Shown: positions 38,672 through 53,600 of the stretch, piece after piece
Layout of the letters: the number at the start of each line of letters is the position of its first letter
How positions within the stretch are numbered: the stretch's first letter is position 1
Assembly (NCBI GenBank): GCA_030141605.1
Contig: JAQGDQ010000024.1
Span: 1 to 64,000, forward strand
DNA from: Tubiluchus corallicola
Taxonomy: Eukaryota > Animalia > Priapulida
Direction of reading: 5' to 3'
DNA: 64,000 bases
Translations under genes and position numbers: made by a program
Notes under the pieces: model-generated
What the model was told of the DNA's origin: nothing
Database searches by the model: none
Seen by the model: only the letters and a program-made list of their open reading frames with translations

Positions 38672-39682
38672 TACCCTAATCCCAATTAACCCCAACACGG
38701 CCCTAACCTTGCCAAAATTAACTGTGACTTTTAAACTGTGACCTTTTTTTCTTAAATAAAACTGTAACTTTTTTGCAGTGACTTGAAAACCGGTTTTCAT
38801 GAAACTGTACCAAGACTGGGCTACTACGTACACGGTAGACACCAGGGAGTTCTATAATCGCCACCCTAATCCCAATTAACCCTAACATGGCACTAACCTT
38901 GCCAAAATTAATTGTGACTTTCAATAATAATCTTTTTTTATCTTGCAACACACGCACAGTTATCATACAATTAACTTGGAAAAAAATTGTCAAGAAAGGG
39001 CAGCGAAAGACCAATTGGTCATCTAATCAGCTGCCCTTTGATTAGTCATGAACATTTTTATAAGCGCTATGCTGTATTAGTGTTAGAACTGCTTATAATA
39101 AAAATTTAATTGTTACGAGTGATATGCTTACAACGTGTTAATACAATTCATACGCAGTAATAATAAGTGTATAATAAAAAAATCAAAGAAGAACTGAAAA
39201 TGAAAATCTGACAACGGAAACATAATAACAATGACATCTGAAATATACTTCATAACACAAGCATAATTCTCAGACAGTCAAAAATCAGGTTTATCTATAT
39301 ATTGGTATGTTGAAGTATATTAAATTGGGCGTTAATTTTCATGCACAGGCATAATGTGACATTAAACAGTGACATTTTTTCTTAAATAAAATTGTGACTT
39401 TTTTGCACTGACTTGAAAACCGGTTTTCATGAAACTGTACCAAGACTGGCCTACTACGTACCCTGTAGACACCAGGGAGTTCTATAATCGCCACCCTAAT
39501 CCCAATTAACCCTAACACGGCCCTAACCTTGCCAAAATTAAGTGTAACTTTTAAACTGTGACATTTTTTTCTTAAATAAATTTGTGACTTTTTTGCCGTG
39601 ACTTGAAAACCGGTTTACATGAAACTGTACCAAGGCTTGGCTACTACGTACGCGGTAGACACCAGGGAGTTTTATAATCCCC
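38672..39682. repeat. ~190-bp CCCTAA-containing unit in two blocks (38672-38921 and 39366-39682)
   Basis: CCCTAATCCCAATTAACC..AACACGGCCCTAACCTTGCCAAAATTA...GACTTGAAAACCGGTTT...GTAGACACCAGGGAGTT repeated about 3 times. Confidence 0.8.
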
Positions 39683-40029
39683 ATCATTCTCTGTGTGATT
39701 GATAATGCAGCTAAAGTGCGACCGAGTGGCCTCTTCGACCAGCTATCGGTATCGGCGTTCGATTTTAATTACGTGTTTAATGACTGCTGGTTTCCACAGT
39801 CGATCTTCCCTTCCAATTATCCTCCCCGTTATAACCGGAGATGGCTGCTCTTCGTCTAACGACTTTTAATAATACAGGCCGATGCGGTGTGTGTTCGCTC
39901 ACTCTGTCTTTGAAAGCAAACCCTTAGTATCATCCTCATCATTAATCATCCTCATCATTAATCATCCTCTTCATTGTCTCATCTATCATATTCGATTCAT
40001 CCACAATTGAAAATGTAGTCACTCCCTTT

Positions 40030-41805
40030 CAACTTGTTAAAAAACCGTCAGAAAAGAAATATTTCAAACGTACTGAGAGTAACACAGTTTGATAATGGTA
40101 ATCACCTGCATTCTTTTTCCACAGTAATCTTAATAAAACGTGACGATGCTCAACAGGTTACTGAACACCTTATAATCATGATCACAGTTTTTCTTAGTTC
40201 TCGCTCCATTTCATCTTTCATTCACTACTCCCCCCACATCACACTTTTTCTTAGTTCTCGCTCCATCTCATCATTCATTCACTACTCCCCCCACATCACA
40301 CTTTTTCTTAGTTCTCGCTCCATCTCATCATTCATTCACTACTCCTCCCACATTTATGTATATATTATCATTATCTCAATTATTAATCATTTCTTTAAGA
40401 TTTCCACGTACAGTTAAGCTATGCTTTTAGGCTCAAACTGTATGCATCAAAATTACTCTGTAATGTAATTTGCACATGTATATGCTGCATAAGAATCTCT
40501 TTTGTAATTACTGGATTATATTGCATTTATATTTATATTTACTGCAGTGGAAAATTATTTGTATTTTTATTATAACTGTAAGATGCAGAGTGGAAATAAA
40601 TAAATAAACTTAAACTTAAAAAAAACTTGAAAATATATTCTTATATCATCCGCCCCCAATTAATCCTCGCCATTTTTTCCTTGCACGTTTTACTTCCTGT
40701 TTTACTTCCTGTTTTGCCGTCAATATAGTTACATCATATTTCTTAATGATTTCTAATACTGTCACGTGAGAGGCTTTTACATGGCTTCTTTTAATAGACT
40801 TGTTTGCCAAACACTTAGTACCGTTATAAGATTTATGTATTGTTTGTATTTTTTGTACTAATAGTATGTATTGTTCCATTTTTTCTACTAATAGTATGTA
40901 TTGTTCCATTTTTTGTACTAATAATATATATTGTTCCGTTTTTTGTACTAATAGTATGTATTGTTCCATTTTTTGTAGTAATAGTATGTATTGTTCCATT
41001 TTTTGTACTAATAGTATTATTGTTCCATTTTTTGTACTAATAGTATGTATTGTTCCATTTTTTGTACTAATAGTATGTATTGTTCTATTTTTCGTACTAA
41101 TAGTATGTATTGTTCCATTTTTTGTACTAATAGATACAGTTTAAACTAAAGCAGCACGCGGGATGAGACCAGGGCCAGATTATGACCTCTCTAGGCCCAA
41201 AGGCTAATGAAATTATGGGTGTCCCTCAGGCGGAACCATCCTCTAACTCGCCAGCACCGTAATTGAATGTTTTTACTCGTAATGTATTTTAGTAATGCAG
41301 CTTGAAGTGTACTTAAACTTATTGTAAATTGCTTAAATAAATTAGAATTGCTGTTTTTTGTCCCTTTTACCCCCTTTTAACTTTTAAAAAACCGTCAGAA
41401 AAGAAATATTTCAAAAGCATTGAGAGTAACACAGTTTGATAATGGTAATAACCTGCATTCTTTTTCCACAGTAATCTTAATATAACGTGACTATGCTCAA
41501 CAGGTTACTGAACACTTTGTAACAATGATCACAGTTTTTCTTAGTTCTCGCTCCATTTCATCTTTCATTCACTACTCCCCCCCACTTTTTTTTAAGATTT
41601 CCACGTACAGTTTGGCCTGTCAAGCTATGCTTTTAGGCTCAAACTGTATGCATCAAAATTATTCTGTAATGTAATTTGCACATGTATATGCAGCATTTTG
41701 TAATTTCTCGATAATAGTGCATTTATTTATATTTATATTTACTTAAATGGATAATTATTATCTGTATTTTAATGATAATTGTAAGATGCAATGTGGAAAT
41801 GAATA
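40030..41805. repeat. Diverged direct duplication (~40030-40600 and ~41379-41805)
   Basis: Both begin AACTT.TAAAAAACCGTCAGAAAAGAAATATTTCAAA. The first copy has a 57-bp segment three times (40181, 40238, 40295); the second has it once. Confidence 0.85.
40835..41133. repeat. 30-bp minisatellite, ~10 units
   Basis: Unit TTTTGTACTAATAGTATGTATTGTTCCATT. Confidence 0.92.
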
Positions 41806-42234
41806 AACTCTCTTGAATAAACTCTCTCTTCTTTGTCTATACCAGGTTATCAAGAACACAGTTACACAAGTCAAACTCAACAATTTAAACCAAAGACACA
41901 ACACCAAACCTGCATAAATAAATAAAATACAGCTGGTCACCTCTTCGCGGATGCTAAAGAGTTGGCGTTGACTGGCTTCCATAAGATAAATAATAGTGTA
42001 AGGCCAGTGTAAGGAAGGGGAAATATTGACCAAGGACAATCTCTGGGCTTTGATCTACTTGTACATAATGGCGCAAACAAACAAAACGTGACTGCCATTA
42101 AGAGAGGAAAAGTGGTGAATGCAGCACAGAGTAGATCAATGGAAGCTCTTTGTCTGGACTCTGGACGTGGTTTCCCGTCTGTGTGGCTGCTGCGTGGAGT
42201 ATTAATTGCCAGTAAATTTGCTAAACGTTGAGTA

Positions 42235-43410
42235 AGAGTTTGTAGGCTTATCTGCTCAGGGTTGCCACTGTTTCAATTTGGAAGTTTGCTACTCTTTAAA
42301 ACTTTGATGGCTTATCTACTCAGGGTTGCCACTGTTTCAATTTGGAAGTTTGCCACTTCTTAAAAACTTTGTTGGCTTATTTACTCAGGGTTGCCACTGT
42401 TTCAATTTGGAAGTTTTCCACTTCTTAAAAACTTTGTTGGCTTATCTACTCAGGGTTGCCACTGTTTCAGACTAGATGTTTGCTACTTCTTTAAGACTTT
42501 GTTGGCTCATCTGCTCGGGGTTGCCACTGTTTCAGACTAGATGTTTGCTACTTCTTTAAGAGTTTGTTGGCTCATCTGCGCAGGGTTGCCACTGTCTCAG
42601 ACTGGATGTTTGCCACTTCTTTAAGAGTTTGTTGGCTCATCTGCTCAGGGTTGCCACTGTTTCAGACTAGATGTTTGCTACTTCTTTAAGACTTTGTTGG
42701 CTTATCTGTTCAGGGTTGCCACTGTTTCAGACTGGATGTTTGCTACTTCTTTAAGACTTTGTTGGCTCATCTGCTCAGGGTTGCCACTGTTTCAGACTGG
42801 ATGTTTGCCCCTTCTTTAAGAATTTGTTGGCTCATCTGCTCAGGGTTGCCACTGTTTCAGACTAGATGTTTGCTACTTCTTTAAGACTTTGTTGGCTTAT
42901 CTGCTCAGGGTTGCCACTGTTTCAGACTAGATGTTTGCTACTTCTTTAAGACTTTGTTGGCTCATCTGCTCAGGGTTGCCACTGTCTCAGACTAGATGTT
43001 TGCCACTTCTTTAAGAGTTTGTTGGCTCATCTGTTCAGGGTTGCCACTGTTTCAGACCAGATGTTTGCCACTTCTTAAAAACTTTGTTGGCTCATCTACT
43101 CAGGGTTGCCACTGTTTCAGACTAGATGTTTGCTACTTCTTTAAGAGTTTTTTGGCTCATCTGCTCAGGGTTGCCACTGTCTCAGACTAGATGTTTGCCA
43201 CTTCTTTAAGAGTTTGTTGGCTCATCTGTTCAGGGTTGCCATTGTTTCAGACTAGATGTTTGCTACTTCTTTAAGACTTTGTTGGCTCATCTGCTCAGGG
43301 TTGCCACTGTTTCAGACTAGATGTTTGCTACTTCTTTAAGACTTTGTTGGCTTATCTGCTCAGGGTTGCCACTGTTTCAGACTGGATGTTTGCTACTTCT
43401 TTAAGACTTT
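42235..43410. repeat. 65-bp minisatellite, ~18 units
   Basis: Unit CTGCTCAGGGTTGCCACTGTTTCAGACTAGATGTTTGCTACTTCTTTAAGACTTTGTTGGCTCAT (starts at 42641, 42706, 42771). Confidence 0.95.
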
Positions 43411-45589
43411 TAAAAAAAGACACGTTTATTTACACCGCATCTGTGAATGAAATTTCATTTACTTAAAAAAAGAGTTGAAATAGCACAGAGACTAAGGACA
43501 ATATTTAATATTAATTTTGTAGAAACCAATATGTTTTGCATAGAAGCGATGTTCATGCATAGTTAAACATGTTCGCCACGGCACACGCGTGTAAATAGCA
43601 GAAGAATGTAATCGCAAAAAAATCAATACTTCGATTTTTCTTCCATTGTCATGTTTTTATGTGAAATTTTCAGGTTTCAGAACTAATTCTGTAACAATGC
43701 ATGTGTATATACAGCTTCGAAACTATCCTCGGCTGCGCTGCTTGTGAAACTGTCTTATTTAATAAGTAAACGGCAGCCATTTATAACTGACACAGAAGAA
43801 ATACTGATAACGCTCACAAACGTTTTTTACATAGTTAAGAACAGCCACTGCTAGCCAGTCAGTGTCCATTGTCCACCAATCAATGCTGCCTACTTTTGTT
43901 TGCGGACAGACCTATATTGCTGATAATTACAATTGGACTGGAAACAGGCAAGGTATCATGTTTGTACAGACAGAAATCACTGACTCACTAAATGACAGGC
44001 TGACAGCTTTTTCATGAGCTGTTAACTGATGTTTTGGCATAAAAAACACAAACATAAACAGCTATTTTTGTTGCTGTTTCTTTATAAGCATAAGAGACAA
44101 CAACAGTAAACGCTACAACTCCAGCAACAATAGCTATAGCAACAGCAAAAACACGTGCAACGCTCTTAACAAACGAAACACGCGACGCTCATCATATAAT
44201 ACTTGTATATTCAGTGGGCATTATCTACCCTAGATAAGGCTTAAATAACATTGTAATTTATGGGCAAACAAAATGGGAGACAAAGCAATATTGCACACGC
44301 ATGCAGGTCACGTAGCAGGTTCATAATAGCGCCCTCACGAGGCGCTGATTAAACGTTAATATTTAAAACACCACATTTATGGTTTTTATTACCATTAACA
44401 ATAGCAAAGGGAAGTGACTTCCTTTGGTAAAAATGAAACGAACGTTGAACGAATGATATGACATGCATCATCAGACCATCCTAACCTCCTTTATATTACT
44501 ACTTCTAAATTTAGGCTGTTAACCACTTTTTAAGGTGGCTTACCAAGGGTGCGGCGATAAGTCCATCCAAGTGAATAATCAACGTGGATAACATTATTTT
44601 ACACGCATGCAAAGTCGCATTCGTTATAATTATTATGACAATAACCAGATACACTGTGAATATTAACTGTGTTCCAGCAACAAATCTGATGACGCAACTT
44701 GCCAATCAATAGTTATTGTACAATGAAATTATCCGAGGATGGGGAAATTCTAATTAAATTGCGCAATTAAGCAACCACAAGAAAACGTCAAGCATGTTTT
44801 TTCCCAATTATGAATCAAGAAAGTGGCCACCAAGAAAAATCACCATGTACAATACAGTAAAAATTGGCGTTCATTTAATTTGGCCAGGTGTTTTAAAAAC
44901 GTATTACTCGTGCTACAGTGAAAAATTGCTTTTAAAAAAACTTTTAGCTAACTGATAGACACGCGATCAAAAATGTTATTAACAGCAAATGAACTTTTCC
45001 AGTATAGACGCCGTATTGCTTTTATCGCAGACAGACTGCATGAAGTATGAAACGCCGTGCACAGATGAGCTATTTGTGAATAAGATCGCAGTGCTACAAA
45101 TAAAACCAACAACTCATAAATACATTTATGACGTCTACAAAAATGCTTAGGTGCATAAGAGAAGTAAATAAAGTAACCAACTCTAATGTAGAATCTCAGT
45201 TTGATTAATGTGAGATAGAGGTACTAATGTTTTTCCCACCCATGTTAAAAATCACGTAGCCCGATGCGCAGCTGTTTCTCCGGGAATTAAACTCAAAGGG
45301 TCATAATGAAACTAACTAGAAGTAGCAAACAGAAGTAAACTAACAAACAAACGTAAATAGCATAAACCAAATTTAGCTCGTGTCACCTTTGTTGTGGGTA
45401 TAAATGATAACAAACTTCAAGATGACCTTCAGTTTAAAGAAAGGGTACAGGTAACCTTGTCTGGCTTCGCTTATCATGTCATCATTAGATAAGTAACGCT
45501 TAAATTGCAAAATATACTGCGCGTACGCTGTCAGGAACTCATGAAAAGCAGTAAACAGGCCTGGGAGCGGGAAACAGGCCTGGGAGCGG

Positions 45590-45622
45590 GAGAGAGAGAA
45601 TGAGAGAGAGAGAAAGTGAGAT

Positions 45623-45680
<58 letters not shown>

Positions 45681-45784
45681 CAGGCAGGCATGTAGACAGT
45701 CAGTCAGTCAGTCAGACAGACAGACGGACAGACAGACAAACAGACAGACAGATAGACAGAGATCAAGGAGTGAAAGAGAGAGAT

Positions 45785-45826
<42 letters not shown>

Positions 45827-45830
45827 GAAA
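45590..45830. repeat. (GA)n/(GACA)n microsatellite cluster
   Basis: Visible directly in the sequence. Confidence 0.9.
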
Positions 45831-48800
45831 TACAAAAAATCAGAAAAAATAAAAGCCAAAACATAAAATACACAATGTAAAATTAGATAACCGGAATAAT
45901 GGAATTGGCTAATATTTTTATATTTGAACTTGCATCCTATCCTGTCCACTTGATAAGAAATTCTGCAATACTGTAACAGAATAACAAAATTAATATTAAA
46001 ATGTTAAGCCAACGTTGCCAAACCATAATAATTAATAGATGGTTGCGTAAATAAGGTCATCTGGTCACATGTAATGTAAATACTGAAAATTAAAAGTAAT
46101 AACACATCGTTTTCATAGAACTTTTTCATCTGACAACCAGCCATTGAATAAATAAACGTCGGGCAACCGAGAGTTTGTGTGAATAACTACTAACTACAGC
46201 AAGGTTGATCAACGCAGCAATCAATACAATTACTGGGCTTCAAGCAATTCCAATGAAACCCTGTACTCCAATATCAGAATTCGACAGTAATAGTACTTGC
46301 CACGCAAGCATTTACGCCCGAGATAAAGCGTGAAACACGAGGATGCCCGAGAGCGCTAATTACTAACATTTTAAAATTTTACGTTCAGAATTCACATTTT
46401 ATGTGAAAGAGTGCCTAAATGAAGCCATTACCATTGGCATACAGTGTCACGATTCCGTTGTTATTAAAGTTATATTATATTTATAGTACAGCATCTTTAA
46501 GCACGTCAGAAGTTACAGTGCTATTGGAATAGGATCATTTTTTCACACCTCAAGGTGGTTTTCACTGTCAAAATGCAGTCAAAACAAGCCGACGTTTTGA
46601 TACGCGCACAGGTAGATCTGGTTAGAGTAAAAACCATATACTCTCAATCGTATTTTCAAAACAAGCAAGTTCATTCACAGTAACAACATAGTAAAACATA
46701 ATATACAAATGTATACAAAGTTACAAACAAGTCTTACTGTGACAATGCAATGCTGGACAGGACGCTATCGTGTGACACTGCCCAGTAAATAAAAGAAGGC
46801 TTGTGTTATCAAAAGGATTCACCCTTCAATAATGATCTATTACTGACAGTTGTATCCTTACTGGTCACTTAGTTACTATTTTACTGGATCAGCCATGCTT
46901 TCAGAATCCGAAACTTTACTATAACCTTGCAATTAACAAATTAATAAGGATCAAAACAACAGGTGCATAGACAGACACACAGCTGCGGGTATTTCTTTCA
47001 TACGTGCACCAGAACTTTGATAGATATTTCTCACAGTTTGAGAGTCTATCGAGAATTAGCACAAATTTCGTCTTTGGTTAAAAAACTAGTTTCGTGTGTA
47101 ATGGGTAATTAATAATCGCTTGCCTAGCGAATGAGGTAAAAAATGATTAATGATGGAATTCTAAGATCAATGGTCAACATTCGTATTAGAAGAGATCCAA
47201 ATGAAGATGAAAAGCGATTTAATGGCAAAATTGCTCCTATTTCACGCCCTTGAAGATGAAAAATGGAAATTACGCAAAATTAGTCAACACCTGTGCAACT
47301 TGAGAAACAAAAATTCCATGCCTAGTGGTAAACGATATTCGGGAATGTAAAAAATTGGAAAACGGAAATCGCACCTGGAAAACACAATAGCAGCATGTCG
47401 AAAGGGAATGTAACACGATGCACGTAATGGTCGACACCCAGGTTATCAAGAGACCTTGACTGTCGATAAGCATTTATTCCGTCCCACTTCCTCTACCACC
47501 CAGGACTCAACCTTACCTAAAGTGACTACCAACACATGCAGACCCCAAATGCATTGCGTAAGTTTTTGGTGCACCGTTTTTGAGAGATGGTACATTGGGG
47601 AGGGGGGTGAAAAGCTCTGGCGGTTTAGGAAATACGAAAGGCCATAGTAAGGCAATTAAAGTAATTTACTTATTGCTAGATCGGCGACAACAGCGTTGAC
47701 ATCAACCGAAATCATCACATTCTAGATAAAACTGACAGATTTATGTAACGCTAATGTATGACTGTTGCGTAAATTTATAAACGCGATAATGTAGTCTGTC
47801 CGTGTTACAGAGTTGAAACTGCTAGTTTGGACACCAATCGCACAACAACGTCGCAGTAATCGACAGTATACTCAAGTTAGCCATTAACAGCTGAGATCAG
47901 AAGTAAATCGTATAATCTGTCACCAAGCAATTATGCAAACTGCGAAAACTGCAGCTGCATCCATGGCAAGTTTCACTGAAAATATGATAATGAGTTATAC
48001 TATTGTATAGCCTGTACAATCAACGGTATAGGATTACTTATAGGCAGCTGTGACTTAACCACAGGGAGACATGCAGTTACACTTAACCACATTCGCTAAA
48101 ATAATGTCCTTTCAACGGGCACTTGTTAAACCGGATTAGAACAAGATTAGATTAGATTAGGGTAGATTTAACCAAATCATGTAGCTGCAATCCATTACGA
48201 AAGTCCACGTGTCACTTCAAATCGTGTGGAAGATGGAAACGGGTGTGGAGAGTACACATCAAGGGTTTTTTAGCAATGTCTTTCTACTTGGATGATTTTG
48301 CTTGTGGGGAAAATAATGTTATGCTGTTTTGTCCATATAGCTTTACTTACTTTTTTCCTGACAGTAAGTGTCAATTGTGTATGTTTATTTCAATTGTTAA
48401 TGCCTTTGGTTCAAAATACACTAAACTCATGCAAACTGTTATGCTCAGAAAGGTCAACTTCGGGTACAAACGTGTTACTGGTATAAACTAATCCATGTAG
48501 GTCAATTCCTGGCAGTAATTATTATTGTCCATGCAAGAGAGCAATCAATGTGTGGTAAATGGGCAGTGATGACAAGTAGGAAATTGAAGCCCGGTATTAA
48601 AGCAACACTCAACCGACACCTGCTTCGCGCCGTGCGGGCTTGTGCCTGCAATTATTGCGCTACTGGTAATGAACCCACGTGATGAGAATAACGAAAGCAA
48701 GCAGAAGTAATGCACAGCGTAACAGGTATAATAAACAAGATTAAGGCAGGCTGCATTGCAGACGTAATACAAGCCTGTGTACCCAAAACTGCTGACAGAA

Positions 48801-50625
48801 GCGTGTAGTCCGTTACACTACACAAGCATTGTACAAAATTGTTCTATGCTTCACTATTTAATATAGGACACGTGATTCGGATCAGTGTGGTGAAATCTCA
48901 GCTAGTTCCTAGTATCGAAAAACAATTGTGATAAATGATGTTTTACAAGTCCTAGGACATACATGTAGGGCACATTCAGCCAGGTAATAAAGTAGACAAA
49001 AGGTGTTTTATTAATAAGTACCTCAATGTAATTGTGACGAAACCAACATTATAATTACATAATAATATGGCGCGAAACATGCTCACCCGGAATCCGATCA
49101 AACGAGCTAATCACGCGCCAATGGAAACGGAAGCTGCGAGCGAAAGCTCGGATTTCTCAGTAATCAAACAACCGCACCATTTGAACAAGAATGCCCTAGT
49201 GAACTTTGCTTGGTTGAATACCACTACAACCATGCTTGAAGAATATCACAAGCCCACAATCAATACCGAATTAAAAATGAAATTATGTAAAGAAATTAAT
49301 CGGTGACAGACAGGAAAATTGTCTGGTTACTGGATTTTAATGTCATTCCTGACTGGAAATGTTGTTTGGTCTGGCAACTAGACTGGATTACTGAAAATCG
49401 GGCAATCAAACCCAAGCAAATCGAATGTCATTCAAATGTACTAGCCATAACCCAAAAAAGTTTGACACGTAACTGGTGATCTCTTTGTCATTAATCAAAA
49501 ATATTTGTGGGTAATGCGAAGCTATTCTATGAGCGGTTATTCTACTTGTTACACAATAAAAAAACTGGTACTATAATAAATTTATGTTTATATATTATAT
49601 ACCATTATTTTATTTGTTATATATAAAAAACTGATATTAAGATAAATTTGTGCACCTTTATTCAACTTATCACATGTAAAAAACTAATGCCATAACAGAT
49701 TTACCTATGAATGATTGAAACTGTGTGCTTTTCATCTCAGGACTTTATTAATTATTAAAATCTTGTTTTCTGCCAGGGATTAATAATTAACAAACATGTT
49801 TGTGTAATATCAGGTAACTCAGTGGATTTTATAATCTCTGCGTTTTCGTAAAAATCAGTTAGGGAAGGGCCACATTTAATTGTGGGATTTCTTTCCCATA
49901 CGAGCAGCCGCGCATTATATATATTTTTTATAGCATTTTTCGTGCCTATTTAGTGTTCGCTTTATAATTAGTGATTGGGATATAAAATATGTAATCAACA
50001 AAATATAGTATTTAGCATGCTTCCTTTTTTTCACTAAATGACAGTACACAATAATGCTCTGAAATTCATTGCTCTTCACTTTCTTTACTGTGTGGGATAT
50101 TAGATTGATCATTCTCACATTTGTCTTGGAGATTTATCTCACATTCTTGTCATTAAGAAATAATTAGGTGTTATATATGATAGAATTTGTTCGTTAAGCA
50201 ACAGCTAACTCATCTGGTCAAATGGTTGGGTGTTTATTTCCCTAGCCCTGTTTGCATCCTGGTTAATTAAAATCTTCCAGTTCAATAAATGTGCAATACT
50301 TCTAAGTAGTTGTCATCAAATTCACTTATCTGTCTAAACACTCTCGAATCACTAGCCCCCTTTTCTTTCCCTTTTGAGAACAAAGGTGCCTGTTTCTTCT
50401 GAATTAATCTAGGAATGAGATTGCATACAATCCCAATTTTACCAAAAGAAAAAAGTGCACTACGAATACAGTCAAAACACACACAGACATAGATGCAAAC
50501 ACATTTATTTATCTCAAGAACAAATTTATTTATATTTTAATTCTCATATAAAGCTGGACAATAAAAGGACTCAATTATTTAGCTTACTGCATTGTCTGTC
50601 ACTACTGCATATTCCTTAAAATAGT

Positions 50626-50640
50626 TTGCCTTTTTTTCAG
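50626..50640 (+). other. Probable 3' splice acceptor before the LRR coding exon
   Basis: Polypyrimidine tract plus CAG (TTGCCTTTTTTTCAG|G), 21 nt before the ATG at 50662. Confidence 0.6.
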
Positions 50641-50661
50641 GTTTTTCTTAGATGTGTCAGT

Positions 50662-53600
50662 ATGCTGTTGATTGGTTTGGTGATCAACCTGGTTTCTGTT
50701 GTCTCCGCTGTTGGCTACAGTGAGGACTGTGCACCTCACAGAATTGTGTGCCGATGTGCAAAATCATATCAGGAACAAAACATATTGCTCAGTATTGATT
50801 GCAGCTCCATACACCTTGGTGATATCCCAGCATTAGCAGAAAGTAGTTTTGTTGAGCAGTTATCAATGGCAAATACAGGACTCACTCGAGTCAGTAATCA
50901 TGCATTTGACAGATACTTGAGTCTACAAGTGCTGGACCTTTCAGATAATCATATCACAAATATTGAAGAAGATGCCTTCTCTGCCTTGGACGACTGTGAA
51001 CACATTAGCCTACAGAGCAATATGTTAACAAAACTCGATAAGAGTTACTTTAAGAAGTTGTTGAATCTTCGTGAATTAACACTGGCTTTTAACACACTGC
51101 GATACATTGGTGAAAACGTCTTTGATGGACTTGATGATACGATAGAACGACTACAACTGAATAACAATAAGTTGAGAAAGATTCCTGTTGAAACACTTCG
51201 CAGTCTCCGCCAGCTAGTTCAGCTTGATATTTCTTATAACAAAATTCATGAGCTAACATTGTCCAGTGTCGATGTGCACCTACGAAGCCTTCAAGAGCTT
51301 CTCATAACCCATAACAAAATAACTGAATTACCAGCAAATTCATTTGCCAATATAAAAAACCTAGTTACAATTAATCTGAATAACAACAAGATCTGGTTTG
51401 TGCATCCGGATGCATTTTCTGGCTTGACGAATCTCAGGTATGTTTACCTGTCAAACAACTACCTCACCCATATCCCAAGCATTGCTCTTCATAAACTTCC
51501 ATATTTGTCTGAACTTTACCTGCATGGAAACAATATTGTTAACATATCTAAAGAGGATATGCTTCCAAATATGATGCTGCTTAATTTGCATTCTAACTTG
51601 ATTCAGCAGATACCAGAGGACGCATTTGCTGGAGCGACATCACTCAAATTTCTTTTCCTTGGCCATAATCACATTGCTCGACTGCATAACAGAGTATTTG
51701 ATTCCGTGAAAGAAAATATTCAATCCATCGAATTACCTTTCAACAGACTATATGAAATGCCACGCAAAGCATTTCGGAATCTTCCAATGTTGGATAATCT
51801 AAACTTGTCTGGCAACAGGATAACATCAGTAAACAAAGATGCATTCATGGGCTTAAAACGCTTAAGAATCTTAAATTTGAATCAAAACCAAATAACTTCC
51901 ATTGGTGATCAGACATTTATATACTTACAGAGTCTCCGTGTACTTTATCTGCGGAACAACGGTTTGGAGAGTTTTAGTTCCCATGGACTGTTAGGTCTAA
52001 ATGAAACCTTAAACTATCTATACCTTGACAACAACTACCTGTCAAAAGTGCCAAGTCAAGCATTGCACGATGTAAAATCACTGAGATTTCTGGACTTAAG
52101 TTACAATAATATTGAACACATTGAGAGGAATGCCTTTAGTGCTGTTAAGCACTCTTTAGGAAAACTGTATCTAAAGGGGAACAAAATACAAGAGTTTCCC
52201 ACAAATGCATTTGACAATTTGACTAAGATAACAGAATTGGATTTATCTGAGAATAAGATCAGTGCCCTCGAGCCAATGGTTACAGCTGGAATGCCAAAGC
52301 TGGCCATTCTTAACCTTGCTGCCAATGACATTTCAAATATAACTGATTTAGCCTTTTATGAGGGACATTCACTGCGCAAGCTTATACTGTCTTATAATAA
52401 AATAAGAAAAGTGTCTCAACAGACATTTGCACCTTTGAACAGGCTTCTTTCCTTGGATATTAGCCACAACAATTTAACAAACCTGCCAGAGAAATTTCTT
52501 ACAAAAAGTACAGTGCAAGAAGTGGATGTCAGTAACAATAATATTGAAGTTGTGCACGACTATGCTTTTGACAGCTTACATCAATTAAACAGCCTTTATC
52601 TACACCATAATAAAATGAAAAATCTGTGGAGAGAAATAGTGAACGACGTTCCAGTAATAAAAGTGTTAGATGTTAGCCACAACAATATTATGGATATGGT
52701 GCAAGATGCTCTTCAGAATATGGCAACACTTCAAATATTTCGTGCAAACAACAATCAAATAAAAGACGAGGAGCTGAATCGATACCTGTTCAAAGAGCAC
52801 GCACAAAGCTTAATGGAAATTGACTTATCCAACTGTTATTTGGAGTCAATCCCAATTCAGTTATTTAGCAATCTTGCAAAAATTCAAAGAATTAATCTGG
52901 CAAATAATCGTATGAAAAATCTACCACTTAATGCATTTGAACAACTTATTAGCCTGCAGGATTTAGACTTATCACATAATCTTATTGAAATTGTACCACC
53001 AGGAGTTTTTTATGGATTAACCAGGTTGCAGACACTGAACTTGGAATATAATGAAATCAATTTAATTCACCATGAGCTTTTTAAAGATCTTAACCTGGGG
53101 GAACTAAAGCTTGGCCACAATCTTCTGGAATCAGTACCAACAGCTTTTTCGGGAATAGCACACTCACTGCACACTCTAGATCTGTCCCACAACAAATTAC
53201 AATGGATCCATAATGGTGACTTTAATATCACTGCCATAGAAAACCTTGATTTACGCCAAAACAGCATCAGGAGATTGGACTCTAATCCATTCAGGCATAT
53301 GGTTAGCCTTAGAAATTTAATTTTGGACAACAATCCAATTGTACAGGATATAAAAGGAAGTTTCACAACTTTGGGTACAAATGTCGAGTTTTTAAGTATG
53401 ATAAACACAACCAGTACGTGGTCCTTTCCACCTGGTCACATGCACAGTGACAGCCTAGAAAAGCTGATTTTATCAGATAATGTGATACAAGAATTTAATG
53501 CTAGTGCAATGAGCGACCTCACCTCCCTTGAAGAACTTAGACTTAGTAACAATCAGATTGTAAATATTTCCAGCACAAGCCTAGAGAGTATGCCCAGTAT

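Noticed and set aside
38672-39540. Interstitial telomere
   Set aside because: CCCTAA motifs are isolated and degenerate within a longer unit, not a tandem TTAGGG tract.
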